Under the pieces are notes generated by a model. That model was given only the letters and a program-made list of their open reading frames with translations, had not been told where the DNA came from and made no database searches. A DNA stretch of 63,328 bases, counting the filler, from Octopus bimaculoides (taxonomy: Eukaryota): the NCBI RefSeq assembly GCF_001194135.2. It is 4 parts of 3 records of this genome, joined end to end, with 100 filler letters (N's around TTAATTAATTAA, not from the genome) between each part and the next. Parts side by side here need not be neighbours in the genome. Positions count along the whole stretch, not along the records: positions 31,216 to 57,086 come from NC_068981.1; 3 more parts are not named here. One strand, written 5' to 3'. Both the position numbers and the translations under genes were made by a program. This document shows positions 38,755-51,899 of the stretch, piece after piece; the stretch's first letter is position 1; each line of letters starts with the position of its first letter.

Positions 38755-39260
38755 TTTCTTTGTTATACGTTTTTTTGGAGCTCCTTAAGTATTGCATGCG
38801 TAGCGGGCTTACTACCTGTAGCTTACGGTACCATGCTATTCGTTATTTTCAGCTATTTGATACTTTTCTGATTATTCTTGCCGTGCCAAGGCGGCAAAAC
38901 GTTTGTAACAGTTCTACTGAGCACTCTATTCCAGTTTCCTTCTTATTCTTTTTGATGCCTTCTGATACTGTTCCCAAGGACCCAACAATAATTGGCACTA
39001 TCTTCACCTTTTTCATTTCCTATAGCCGGGCTATTTCATATTTAAGAGGGTTGTCTTTATCTATCTTTTCGCCTTCCTTCTTGACTATTCGTGGGTCAAA
39101 GGAGCATGCAACATCAACTATATAACATATGTGGTGCACTTTGTCCACCATCACAAGGTCCGGTCTGTTCTGCTCTAGAACCTGATCTGTTTGGATTGGG
39201 AAATCCCAGAGGATTTTGGTAGTCTCCGACTCCGGAAATCTGCGCCTTGCCAAATTCCTT
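38755..39260 (-). mobile_element. R4/Dong-type LINE 3' end with RLE domain
   Basis: ETTKILWDFPIQTDQVLEQNRPDLVMVDKVHHICYIVDVACSFD...EGEKIDKDNPLKYEIARL (PD..D/E-K nuclease); tail runs into (TAA)n. Confidence 0.92.
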
Positions 39261-39299
39261 TACAGCATAATATGTCAAATTCCTTTCCAGATATATTTT

Positions 39300-40380
39300 T
39301 ATCAGTAGAAACACTTACATCTATTAGTGTGTAAGTATAAATATTCTCTGTCTTTAATGACTAGTCGATTAGCCTGAATCATTCTGTCGGTGTTGACTGG
39401 AAAGAGACAGAGGATAGTGACATTTTTACGTTCAACAACTGACTCAGGATGATGTTCATACCAGTAAGTAGGAGGGCATATTTTCCAATGTAAATACTCT
39501 TCTACTCTATCGTGGCGATTTTTGTATTTGTTTGGTGTCAGCAAAGGACATCCCGAGACGCAATTTATTGCAGAATCTGCATTTTGGGTTAGAACCGTTT
39601 TGAAGAACGTTAACCTGGTAGTTTTTGGCAATCAAGCTTTGATCTTGTGCCGCCAATATGAAACCTTCAGTCTCTGATTTCAGTTCTGAGCTTCTCTACC
39701 ACTGATGGGCTACTGCTTAGTCTACATCAGTATTTCGGTTTCAAAGCATATACGGTCCATACAGAGGCCTCTGTCTCCACGGCTCCTCAATTTGTTTCTG
39801 CGCGTTCATCTTTGCAGTCTGTTTGACCCGTTTTGCTTTTTCCGTGGCAGTGGTTTCTGGTTCTTCATTTAATTCAGGATTAATGCCAACTTCCCTTCCG
39901 AATTTGCAAGCTACCTTGACAATGGAATGGGATTTCCTGCTGCTTTCGTGTTTGCCCTCAAGCCGCAGCATTCAGTACTTTGAATAAGATAAGTACTTGT
40001 TCATTCTTATTTGGATGGAATGATCCACATCTAGTTAGCAACTTCCTTATCTTTCTGTCTAAGCTGTTTAGTTCGTCTATTGTTCATACGATTACCCCTG
40101 CTTCATATCTAAGGATTGAAACTGCCCAGGTGTTGATAGCTTCAATCTTATTCTGTCCATTTAATTTCGACTTAAGGATCAGTCTCAGCCATTTCTTTCT
40201 CCATCAATTTATCCATTTCTCAAATCCCCAAGTACTTACAGCCCGTCTCTTCTATCTGCTTCATAACCTCTCCCGACGATATCGATAGCCAGTCTATACA
40301 TTTGATTTTGCCTCTCTTCAAGACTAACACACCACACTTTCTCAGTTCGAACTCCATTCTGATACCAGCACGGAAAGTAT
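39300..40380 (-). mobile_element. Second R4/Dong-type subfamily fragment (thumb to knuckle)
   Basis: ...PWRQRPLYG; IGAQDQSL; VSGCPLLTPNKYKNRHDRVEEYLHWKIC...WYEHHPESVVE. Confidence 0.85.
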
Positions 40381-40463
40381 ATCATCATCATCATCATCAT
40401 CAACCCATCACCACCACTACCACCACCACCATCATCATTATCATCATCATCATTATTATTAGT

Positions 40464-40518
<55 letters not shown>

Positions 40519-40520
<2 letters not shown>

Positions 40521-40587
40521 CCCAAGGCGCACAGAGTTGCGCTCGGTAGTGAAGTGAAAGCACGTTATAAAAATAAAACTACTGAAC

Positions 40588-40590
<3 letters not shown>
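40519..40590 (+). mobile_element. Short probable LINE 3' UTR remnant embedded in (TAA)n
   Basis: CCCAAGGCGCACAGAG...AAAATAAAACTACTGAAC flanked by (TAA)n on both sides; family assignment inferred. Confidence 0.45.
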
Positions 40591-40624
<34 letters not shown>

Positions 40625-40651
40625 GCAACAATAATAATAATGATTATGATA

Positions 40652-41188
40652 ATACTGAGAGAGCAGTGCATGCCATCAAAATGACACTTCAGAAAAATAT
40701 ACGAAGCCCAGTACAGCCATCATGACTACCTGTCTGATAAACGTATATCAGGCACATGCATCACAACCATATGTGCGGAACATGGTAATCGCATATCAAG
40801 ATAAACAGTGCATAACCTTGCAGGTAGGGCCTAGTTAGTATTTTCTTCAAGTCGAGTAGCGTATCCCACTCAAAAGGTCCCCTGTCTAAGGATGTCTCCA
40901 AAGGTGAATTATCCAAATCTTACAGAATTCCTCTCAACATATGGCTATTATACTCCCCCACAACTTGCTCATGATGAGGGATGCACATATCGTAAGTTAC
41001 TAAGGGAATGCTCAAGTGGTTAAGGTCAAACAACTGACAAGCAAATCTGTAGTATTGAGCAGAATATTTGTTGTAGCCCATATTTAATACCAAGTCAATA
41101 TAATGTGCATGATAACACTTCCAATCAATTAAAATCAGAAGCCATGAGAGCCACTGTCTGGTACTGCATCAAGGTATTTATGATACTG

Positions 41189-41190
<2 letters not shown>
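40652..41190. mobile_element. Unclassified ~540-bp non-coding interspersed element within (TAA)n tracts
   Basis: GC-elevated block with no ORF, bounded by TAA-type repeats on both sides. Confidence 0.45.
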
Positions 41191-41235
<45 letters not shown>

Positions 41236-42548
41236 CATTATTATTTAATTTATTTTGTCTGGAAAATTATATTTTTGCTGGGTATCTTATTTGCCCAGTT
41301 CATTTTATTAACCCCTCAGGCAAAACGCCATGTCCATGTCAAGGCCAATGTTTTTAGAATATCAGTCTTATATAAACATTTAAATAATTATGTATCTATT
41401 CAGGTTATACGCATCTGTGTATGAGAATTGGTGCAGGGCCTTATTACTGATCGTAATATAAGAATAATATTTGTTGTCCATGATGAATATCTTGCGCAAA
41501 GTTTCGCAAACATAAACTTCTCAAAATAATGTTAGTATGATGAAATTGTCCTCGCAGATAAAATTGCGCTTTTGTAGACAGAGCAGATGTAATCAACGTT
41601 CATGAAGGAGATGAAGGAGAAGAAGAACGTTTTGCGTAGGGTGGAAATAGTCAACAACAGTAATGGCAAGAGGGAAGGAAAATGCCATGTGATTCGTTAG
41701 TCTTATATTGAATGCTTTATTGACTTGTCGGTGAGTTTACTACATCGACTCACAGCTTCTACAAAATTACATTATATCGGGAAAAATTTATCCTATGTTC
41801 TGAGAATTAAATTTTCAACTAAGATTATGCATTGATAAAATTTATTATATTTGTATGTGCATGCGAGTGTACACGTGTGTGAGTCTGTATTATCGGCAGA
41901 TACTTGGCAATGCATATGAAGCCTGAAGAACATTGTTGTGTATTAGAGGTTTCGACACTTTGTGCTCCGATTTCAAATATTACCGAGATCAACTTTGCCA
42001 GTTCTGTACTGAAACAATTTCTTCTTTTTCCCCTCAGACTCTCTCTCTTTCGTTCTCTTTCTCTCTCTCTTTCCTCTCACTCTCTCACTCTGGAAGAAAT
42101 TATTTGTGCTCATTTATGGAGGCAGATGTATTTCACCCGGTCTAAAATTTATATAAGCGCACCACATGTGACTCCATGAATTGAAGTATACAATGAAAGG
42201 TCAGGCATATTTGTTTACTTGTTTGTTTGCATGTATGTATGTATGCATGTATGTATGTATGTTTGTATGTATGTATGTATGTATGTATGTATAACTATAT
42301 ATTTATATATAGCCAATTCAAATAAACAGTCGATTAAAATAAACGAATAATATTAACGGTCAACAAGATGACATGTACAAGAAATGTATTAGCTTGACGC
42401 CCAGTGAAAAGAGAGAGAGTTTTACGTTTCAAGCAAAGCTCTTCGTCGAAAAGGAGAAATGGATAAGCCTAGATAAGGAAAAGAAATCGCCAACAGCAGG
42501 TGTGTAAATACTAGTTATCAGTGTATATGTAAGAAAGATTTCTGCATG

Positions 42549-42662
<114 letters not shown>

Positions 42663-42849
42663 GTTGAAATTTAGAGAAAAACAAAAGACGAAGACAGGTG
42701 CATGAACAACCAGCAGGTGTATTAGTTTGGCGCTTGAGAAAGCAACAAAGTCTTTTACGTTTCGAGCCTTTGCTCTTCAACAGAAAGGAATATTAAGAAG
42801 TAAAGACAGAGAGAATAAAAATACTTATATATCATTATCATTGTTTAAA

Positions 42850-43542
42850 GTCCGTTTTCCATGCTGGCATATGTTGGTCAGTTTGAGCGCAGCTATTAAG
42901 AACAGGGGCCGCACCAGGCTCCATTGTCTATTTTGGCATTCTTTGTATGGCTAGACGCCGTTCCCAACGCCAACTATTACACATAGTGTACTGGGTTCTG
43001 TTTATGTGGAACCAGCACCAGTACTTTTAACGTGACACCAGCACCGATATCAATTCTGCTGATAGGCAGGTCTTGTTGAGTACAGCAGTACGCTCGGGAA
43101 CGTTCCTTAGTCATCTCCTACATATGACACAGTTTCTTGAGATCGGCCTTCAGTATTTCGTCCCATGTCTTCTTGGGTCTTCCTCTTCTACAAGTTTCAC
43201 CAACTTTAAGTGATCGGTGCTTTTGTATGCAACTGTCTACATCGATACACATTGCATGACCAAGCCAGTGCAGTCTTCCCTCTGGCACATTGTATCTAAT
43301 TCCTCTTATGCCCAACTTTTCTCCTCAAACCACCTGCGCTCTGTCGCACATGTACACTTACATTGCACATCTAACGGAGTATACTTGTTTCATTCCCTTC
43401 TAGTCCTTGCATTTCTTCTGCATTCAAGGCCCACGTCTCACCTCTGTCATTGCTGTTCGTATAAACGCATCTTACAATCTTCTTTTCACTCGCAGAGAGA
43501 CCTTTGGTTTTCAACAAAAGCAAGAGCCTTCTGGCCTTTTGA

Positions 43543-43545
<3 letters not shown>
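42850..43545 (-). mobile_element. RTE-clade LINE 3' fragment with 3' UTR
   Basis: GETWALNAEEMQGLEGNETSILR; RLHWLGHAM...GRPKKTWDEILKADLK. Confidence 0.88.
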
Positions 43546-43625
<80 letters not shown>

Positions 43626-44876
43626 TGTCTGTGTTTGTGTGTTTGTGTGTGTGCGTATGTGCGTACCCACACACACATATATATACACATATACATACAT
43701 ATATGCATTACGTACTTATATTTACGTCCACGCACACACAAACACACACACTACGAACACACACACACACACACGTACATTCACACACAAATGAATACTT
43801 CTGTAGGGAAGGTCGTCGTTTGTGTGTCTTTCTCTGTTTCCAAATTGAAATCTTTTGTTCCTGTCCTGAAGTTTAAAAAAACATCTTTCTCATAACATTG
43901 TCTATAGACTAACTAATCTTTTGAAGAAAAGCCAGTATGGTGCCAAGAATAGTCACATATGCTTTATAAATCTAGACAACTTATTAACAGAAATAAGATT
44001 TCGCATTGCTTCTCTATAGGTAGCAGAGATTTAGTCCCTTACAATCACACGAACTAATTAATTTAATGCCTTCTAAGAAAACTAAACGAAATAAGCGTGT
44101 GTGCGTGTGCGCATGCGTGCATGTGTGTATGTGCCTGTGTGTATGTCTGTGCATGCGGTTGTACGCATGTATGCATATGTATGGATATAACTGAGTAAAT
44201 TTACTTTTTTGTTTACGTTGGCAATATTTAATAATGTAATATTACTTTTTGAGGTGGGCGCTGAGAATTGAGCATTGAATTGTATTGTTTTTATAAGCTT
44301 GGAGCGTATATTTAGATATACATGCTTACATGTGTGTGTGTGTGTGTGTGCGTATGTGTGTTCGTGTGCAAACATTCTTATATGCGTATTACTATGGATG
44401 CATACGTAGTTCTATGTAGATACACGCACGCACACGCGCATACACTCGTACGCACACATACACAAACGTATACATACAGCGATAAATGTATACATAAATA
44501 GATACAGATCCGTTTGAACGTGAATAGATTTATATATATTATTCATACAACTACACAGTATATATACACACACGCCTAGATATAGAGATAGGAGTGGGAA
44601 GAGAAAGAGTTATGTATGAAGTTATGGCTGTAGATGGAATGAGTAAGTTAGTGATTCTATGACGCTTAATTCCATTTTTTTCATAGAATGTATTTTAAAT
44701 ATTTGTGTCTCCATCAAGAAATAACATTAATTTGAAGAAATCTATTCTGCCCTTTCTTGCTCAGACTTATCTCCCCATTTCACATCTGTTATTTTAATTA
44801 TATCATACCTTCACTTTGCCGTTTTTGTTGTAACTCTCATCGCTGGATTTAAACCTTCGTACATACTTATGTACTT

Positions 44877-44913
<37 letters not shown>

Positions 44914-45382
44914 NNNNNNNNNNNNNNNNNNNNNNNNNNNNNNNNNNNNNNNNNNNNNNNNNNNNATATAGATATAAATATGTGTGTGTGTGTGTGTATG
45001 TGTGTGTGTGTGTATATATATATATGTGTGTGTGCGTATATATGTATATATATATATGCATATATATATCCACTACATATGTGGGAAATTCTGTCTGTAG
45101 ATGTGTTTGTTTGCTAACAATATGTTTCTGTTTTTATGCATTTACGTACAAGGCTATTCTTTTAATTAACAGCAGCCATACTGTGGCATTACCTTAATAG
45201 GTTTTCTGAATCATATAGGACCCAGAAGTTATTTTAAAGTCTGTTGCTTATTTTATCAATTCATGTAACAAATAATGAAACAGTTGAATGGGAAAATAGT
45301 TATGAAGGTAGAAGCGTAAACACAATGGCACGCAGGCGCGCGCACACACACACACATCTATATGAATGTATGAATATACATT

Positions 45383-45570
45383 TCTTTTATTTCTCTTGTT
45401 TCTCTTACTTGTTTCAGTCATTTGACTGCAGCCATGCTGGAGCGCCTCGTTTAGTCGAAGAAATCGACCCCAGAACTTATTCTTTGTAAGCCTAGTGATT
45501 ATTCTATCGGTGCGTTAGGCCGAACCGTTAAGTTACGTGGAGTAAACACACCAACATCGGTTGTCAAGCA
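45383..45570 (-). mobile_element. SINE family C, 3' part
   Basis: Reverse complement matches the tail of 55699-56178 (...GGGGTCGATTT.TTCGACTAAA...CAGCATGGCTGCAG). Confidence 0.8.
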
Positions 45571-46538
45571 CACAAATACATCCATACATACTTGTATATA
45601 TACATATATATATATGTGTNNNNNNNNNNNNNNNNNNNNNNNNNNNNNNNNNNNNNNNNNNNNNNNNNNNNNNNNNNNNNNNNNNNNNNNNNNNNNNNNN
45701 NNNNNNNNNNNNNNNNNNNNNNNNNNNNNNNNNNNNNNNNNNNNNNNNNNNNNNNNNNNNNNNNNNNNNNNNNNNNNNNNNNNNNNNNNNNNNNNNNNNN
45801 NNNNNNNNNNNNNNNNNNNNNNNNNNNNNNNNNNNNNNNNNNNNNNNNNNNNNNNNNNNNNNNNNNNNNNNNNNNNNNNNNNNNNNNNNNNNNNNNNNNN
45901 NNNNNNNNNNNNNNNNNNNNNNNNNNNNNNNNNNNNNNNNNNNNNNNNNNNNNNNNNNNNNNNNNNNNNNNNNNNNNNNNNNNNNNNNNNNNNNNNNNNN
46001 NNNNNNNNNNNNNNNNNNNNNNNNNNNNNNNNNNNNNNNNNNNNNNNNNNNNNNNNNNNNNNNNNNNNNNNNNNNNNNNNNNNNNNNNNNNNNNNNNNNN
46101 NNNNNNNNNNNNNNNNNNNNNNNNNNNNNNNNNNNNNNNNNNNNNNNNNNNNNNNNNNNNNNNNNNNNNNNNNNNNNNNNNNNNNNNNNNNNNNNNNNNN
46201 NNNNNNNNNNNNNNNNNNNNNNNNNNNNNNNNNNNNNNNNNNNNNNNNNNNNNNNNNNNNNNNNNNNNNNNNNNNNNNNNNNNNNNNNNNNNNNNNNNNN
46301 NNNNNNNNNNNNNNNNNNNNNNNNNNNNNNNNNNNNNNNNNNNNNNNNNNNNNNNNNNNNNNNNNNNNNNNNNNNNNNNNNNNNNNNNNNNNNNNNNNNN
46401 NNNNNNNNNNNNNNNNNNNNNNNNNNNNNNNNNNNNNNNNNNNNNNNNNNNNNNNNNNNNNNNNNNNNNNNNNNNNNNNNNNNNNNNNNNNNNNNNNNTA
46501 TATATATATATATTGCCATCGTTCAGCAGACGACAGGA

Positions 46539-46587
46539 TCACGAGACTGATTCAGTTTGGAGTTAATTTTCTCATCTTCAGTCGCAA
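46539..46587 (-). ncRNA. Type I hammerhead ribozyme motif with G12C core substitution
   Basis: Minus strand TTGCGA-CTGAAGA-T-GAG AAAATTAA CTC-CAAA-CTG AAT CAG-TC|TCGTGA: stems I, II and III all pair and the triplet is canonical GUC; only G12 (position 46559) deviates. Confidence 0.65.
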
Positions 46588-48084
46588 ACACCTGGTCGCC
46601 AGAGAGATGTTCAGTGTCCGCTCCAGCTAACAATATTATGTAAACAAAGCGGCCATCGGTCACTGATTTGCAACAAGCAAAGTAGCTAACTGGAAAATTT
46701 CAAGAAGAGATGAGAGTAGTATATACATACATACATACATACATACATACATGCATACATACATACATACAGACATACATAAATGCTTCGTTTTGCTTGA
46801 AGCGTTGAGAGGTTTGAAAATAAGTATTTTAAAGAAGCTATGCAAGGGCTATTGGATCTATAATGGTTCGTATAATATGAGATAAAAATGCAATTGGACA
46901 GATAATGTACACATAATCGCCAGTGAGAATCAAACATGTGCCTGTTATATGATGAACAACTGTGATGTCTCTACACAGATCGAAACCAATTAATTTCAGC
47001 TTTATTTGTATAAGCAAGAAAATACATATATGTTTTGATTCGGTTAGATACTAAAAAAAGAAAAAAAAACCTCTGTTGAAATGATCATTGGAGATATACC
47101 TAAGCGAATATTATTTGGTAGCATCAGCTGCTTTCACTAATTTTTCAGGTATCTACGTTGTTCTGAGCAGATATAGGCACATACTCGCCTTTCTGCAGTT
47201 TAACCCAGCAAAATCGGGTATAAGACAACTGTAGGCAGAGACAGCGTCACCTGTACTAGGTTGGTCCCTCTTTTCAGCTGTCAAGATTGAGCAACACAAA
47301 CTGTAAGGCTTTACTCAAGCACAATCCTCTGTCCAATTCAAAATTCGAATTCACCTTGTCTTCATGATCCCAGCCTCATAGCTTGTAGTGTTGTTAGTTT
47401 CTTATACATCAGGTAAAAACACCCTTTCATGGAAACAAGAGAACAAAATCCGGACCAATAAAACAATGAACCAGTCAAACTAACGCCATCGTTTAAGACC
47501 ACCTCGTCACAAGTATTTGTCGATGCTAGTAACAAGTATTGTTGTTGAGACTATCATTATCACCTCATATATTTGTTTTCCTATTTCACACCAGACGATA
47601 TACCAAATACAACCAAGAAATTCTAATGCAAATTAGTTTGAATTAGTCTCACTTCCGTTACTCTGATTTAATAATTAATGATATAATTGTTTAATCGCTC
47701 GTGTAAATATTTTTGTACTAGTCATCTTTACCCTATCAACCTTACACACACGCACACACACACACACNNNNNNNNNNNNNNNNNNNNNNNNNNNNNNNNN
47801 NNNNNNNNNNNNNNNNNNNNNNNNNNNNNNNNNNNNNNNNNNNNNNNNNNNNNNNNNNNNNNNNNNNNNNNNNATATATACATACATGTGTGTGTGTTTC
47901 GGTGTGTGTGTATGTGTTGGTGTGTGTATGCGCGCACGACTCCAACAGATGTGTACTTGCGTATGTTAAATGCATGTGTCTGTGTGTGTGTGTATCTTTG
48001 TATGGATGTGTGTCTTGATTCTCTTCATCAGTGTTTAATTGACTTAATCATCAGCGAATTGGAGAATGCCATGATGTATTTTTT

Positions 48085-48240
48085 CCGACTCTATACGTTC
48101 TGAGTTCAAATTCCTCAGAGATCTATTTTGGTGTAAATCCCTCTGGAGTCGCTCAAATAAAGTACCCCTCAAGATTTTGAGGTCGCTGTAATCTACTAAA
48201 CTCGGCTCCCAAGTCTCTAGCTTTGTGCCTGTGTCAGAAA
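48085..48240 (+). mobile_element. SINE family A, 5'-truncated and diverged
   Basis: TACGTTCTGAGTTCAAATTCC...AAATAAAGTACC...CTTTGTGCC. Confidence 0.7.
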
Positions 48241-51200
48241 CAATTATTTAAAATGTTTACTTCATCTTAGCCACTGAATAATAGAAAAACAATTAATGGC
48301 TTAGAATCATTTACCCCCTTTAACTCGCACTTAGTGATTTACTTGAAAAACAAAAATAAACTAATGAATTTCAATTCAGATTACGATTCTTTACGATGAT
48401 TTAATTCGTTAATGCTTTAAATCCTAAATTTGTTTAATATTATTTATTAACTGGAGAAAATCTATCTTGATTTAATTTGTATAATAACATATTTTAAAAC
48501 TTGTTTTTCTGTAACTCTAAACTTCAATGGAAATCCTCCTGTTCCATTAGACCAACCGTCATGCTGAAGATAATGAATGATGACGATGATGATGATGGTG
48601 CTGAAGTTAAGATTTATTTGTTAAGTATAATCAATTCAGTAATCAATGCTTTCTTTAATTTAAATTTTTCAGTTGTTCCAATAAATTTCACATGATAATG
48701 ATGATGACGGTGATGGTGGTGGTGGTGATTATAGGGTTAATATTGAAATGCACTCTTGAAATTTAAGACTATTCATCCAACCATTTATTTCATTAATCCA
48801 TTGAATAATTTATCCTCTTCCATGTATTTATTCATTCATTTACCTGTTCCATGAGTAGTCTTAAAAATATCGTTCGAAATAATTAAATCCACTTTGCTTT
48901 ATCAACGTAATGCATTGCATGAAATTATTACTTACTCCCAGTTATTTTTGAAAGAACACACAATTTAACGTCATCGAATATTCAAACAACTGAAGAGTAA
49001 TATCAGCTTGACAATGCATATGAAGTATATTCGTAAGTACCCGAAATATGATAAGTCAGAAAGATTTGATAGTTAGCTAAAAACAGTTGAAATACGATGT
49101 ACATTTATATATTCAGTTGTCAGATGCAGAAAATACGATATGCTTATCTATTCACATGCCAAATTTGATAATTTTTTGTCTTTTCTATAATATGCATGAA
49201 ATAGAAAAAAAAAGAACAAAGATGGTTGTCGCTAATAAACTTTATATGTTGATTGAATAAATGATTTTTTGTCAATATGTGAAAAATATTCGTGGTATGG
49301 CAAATTCGTTTTGTGGGAAAGAAAAATATTTGGTACCAGGAAAGTCCTCAGTAAACATAGATAGAATCTCTTTAGCGAAAATTTCTGAATTTTAATATTT
49401 CGTTACAAATTGTTAAATGCTAAAGCAGTTTCTGGAACCAGTAGTGTAGGTGTGGCTGTAATTTTTATAATGGAATAATCAACGTTATAATTATCTGAGA
49501 TTCAACCGTATATATATATATTAGCACAAATCCTGCTTAAGTTATAGCATCTTATAACCCTGTACGTCAGATTCAAATCCCAGTTACAATCATTTCAATG
49601 TGATCGAGACTAGAGAAAGACGTTGATGTCGTAATATATTGAGTCCTCTCTATTCTTCCGACAATCATGATCTTTTTGCTTTTTACTCTCAAACTTAAAA
49701 TAATCTATTTATTTATTTACCAATCTAAAATACATTTCCATCTTCTATTTAACGGGATATATTTGCGTATGTATGTACGTACGTCTATATGTACGTTTGT
49801 ATGTATGTACGTATGTATGAATTTCAGAATCTACTACATATATATGAATATGTATGTAACTGTATCCGTGTGTTCGTGCGTGTGGATGTGTATATGAATG
49901 CTTAATAATTTGATTTAATCTAATTTTCCGTAGGTTGTAGTCTATATTCTTCTCTATAAAGCCACTTTTATCAACTTTTGATTAGTTTATAGTGTGCATA
50001 TTTTAACATTATGGCGGCTCCAATCAGTTACTTTTCATTCCATTGATAGCAATATTACTAAAAATACAAAAAGAACAAAGATTAGAATCGAATGACTATA
50101 GGAATGTATAGAACCATAAACTTATATACATGATTTTATATACGTGTGTGTATGAGTACGTGCAGCTGTACGTGTAAATATATATGTCGTGTACATTGGA
50201 GGGCCTGTGCATTTCATACGAATAAATTCACAAAAAAATTCTAAATTCATAATATTGAATTTGATGATTTAAATCGAAGCTAAATTATATTGAAACATTA
50301 TCTTGAGTTTCACGTTCCGTTTATTCAAACGATTGAGATATCAAATCAGCTTGAGAACATTTACCCAAAATTTTCATAAACGCATCGAAATAACATTAAT
50401 CATCAATGTTTGATTGCCATAAACCGTTAAAAATTTTTCATACAGTCATCTCTTCCAATAGAATGTGCAGAATACGAGATATATTCATTTACGCAGTTGG
50501 AAAAAAAAACACAATTAGAATTACATGTTAACTCCATTTTATGTTTCAAAAGTACGAAAGCAAAAAAAGAAACCATTGCTTATCTAAATTTTCACTGACG
50601 AATATCTTACGTTGATAAAAACTAAATGAGTTACGTTAATAAGAACCCACTCACTTACACATCAATGTATGTGCCATACTTAAAGCAGATTTATTATTGA
50701 AAGCCTAATTAACTGCGTTATTCATCCTGCAATTATATTTCTTATAGACGTAGAATGTTAGAATAAATATGTAAATATATCAGTAACTGACAGAAACTGT
50801 TAATCAGCAGTATATATACTAGTAAAATACCGGGCATTATCGTAACAGAAAAAAAGTTGCTAGAAATGACACAAAATTGTTCGCAAGGAAGGTACAATCC
50901 AGTTAATGGGACTCTATAATTTCTCTTGGTAAATTACGTTTCACATAACGAGTAAAACTATTTCCAGTATGTTTTAAGGAGTCCCGTGTTCAATGCACTG
51001 GGTTACTGATACGTTTTCAATATCATCCATATTTTAATATGTGAAAGATATATACCTGTTTGCAAGATATTAAATAAGAACATATCATCAAGTGAATGCA
51101 AACAGTTTTATTGCATTAGAAACGAGTATTGAACGTAGCATATTATTTCTCATTCACGGAATTGTTTAAAGCTTAAAATAAATTTAGGAAGGTTTAAAAA

Positions 51201-51318
51201 GTGCTATCTGATGAGGCAAATCAAAAATGGAGATATATTCTTATTAGCCGTGAAAACCAGTTCTCAGAGGACGACCTCGTCAAAATTGTGAAAGTGTAAC
51301 ACACACACACAGACACAC

Positions 51319-51365
<47 letters not shown>

Positions 51366-51899
51366 ACTTGCATACTTCTTGTTAATAAGTTCCGGCAGAT
51401 CCGAATGCCAAGAGGCTAATCACTGCTGTGTTCACCACAGGAAAAGAGTTTCAACGTTTCACGCCTAGGACTTGTAATTTACTCTCGTATCCAAGGAGCT
51501 CGACTGTTTTCGAGACCCAGGCCGTTTCTTTTGTTGTTATTACTGTTGTCACTGTTGTTGCTGCTGTTACTGCTATTGCTGATGATGAAGACATGTTTCT
51601 CAAAATTAAACCCTCATTTAATATCCATTTAAGATAAAATCGTTATATCTTCTATATTCATGCGGCGGCCAATCCGTCCTGTCTTTTGTTATCATATTTT
51701 GTTAAACATTTCATCAATTCATTAAATAAATTTTTCTTTTCAAAATCTTGTGAAGACCGAAATACATGGCCATGTGTAAGAAATTACACGCAGTTGGTTG
51801 TGATGCTTAGTATATAGATGCGTTAGTTAGCATACGTACATATATACATTCTTGTTTACTGCTACATCGCTGAAGTAGCATATTTTGATACAGTATTAT

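Noticed and set aside
41578-41635. Possible exon DRADVINVHEGDEGEEERF after TTTTGTAG
   Set aside because: Weak donor (GC|GTAGGG), in-frame stop immediately after, and purine-repeat character.
46520-46690. Minus-strand open frame SYFACCKSVTDGRFV... after a good polypyrimidine-CAG
   Set aside because: No recognisable protein; the same bases are better explained by the hammerhead fold.
48010-48056. Two CTGATGA boxes on the minus strand
   Set aside because: No GAAA box or cleavage triplet in register.
51380-51520. Minus-strand GAAACGTT palindrome like the 15.2-kb ribozyme
   Set aside because: No upstream CTGANGA and no stem pairing found.
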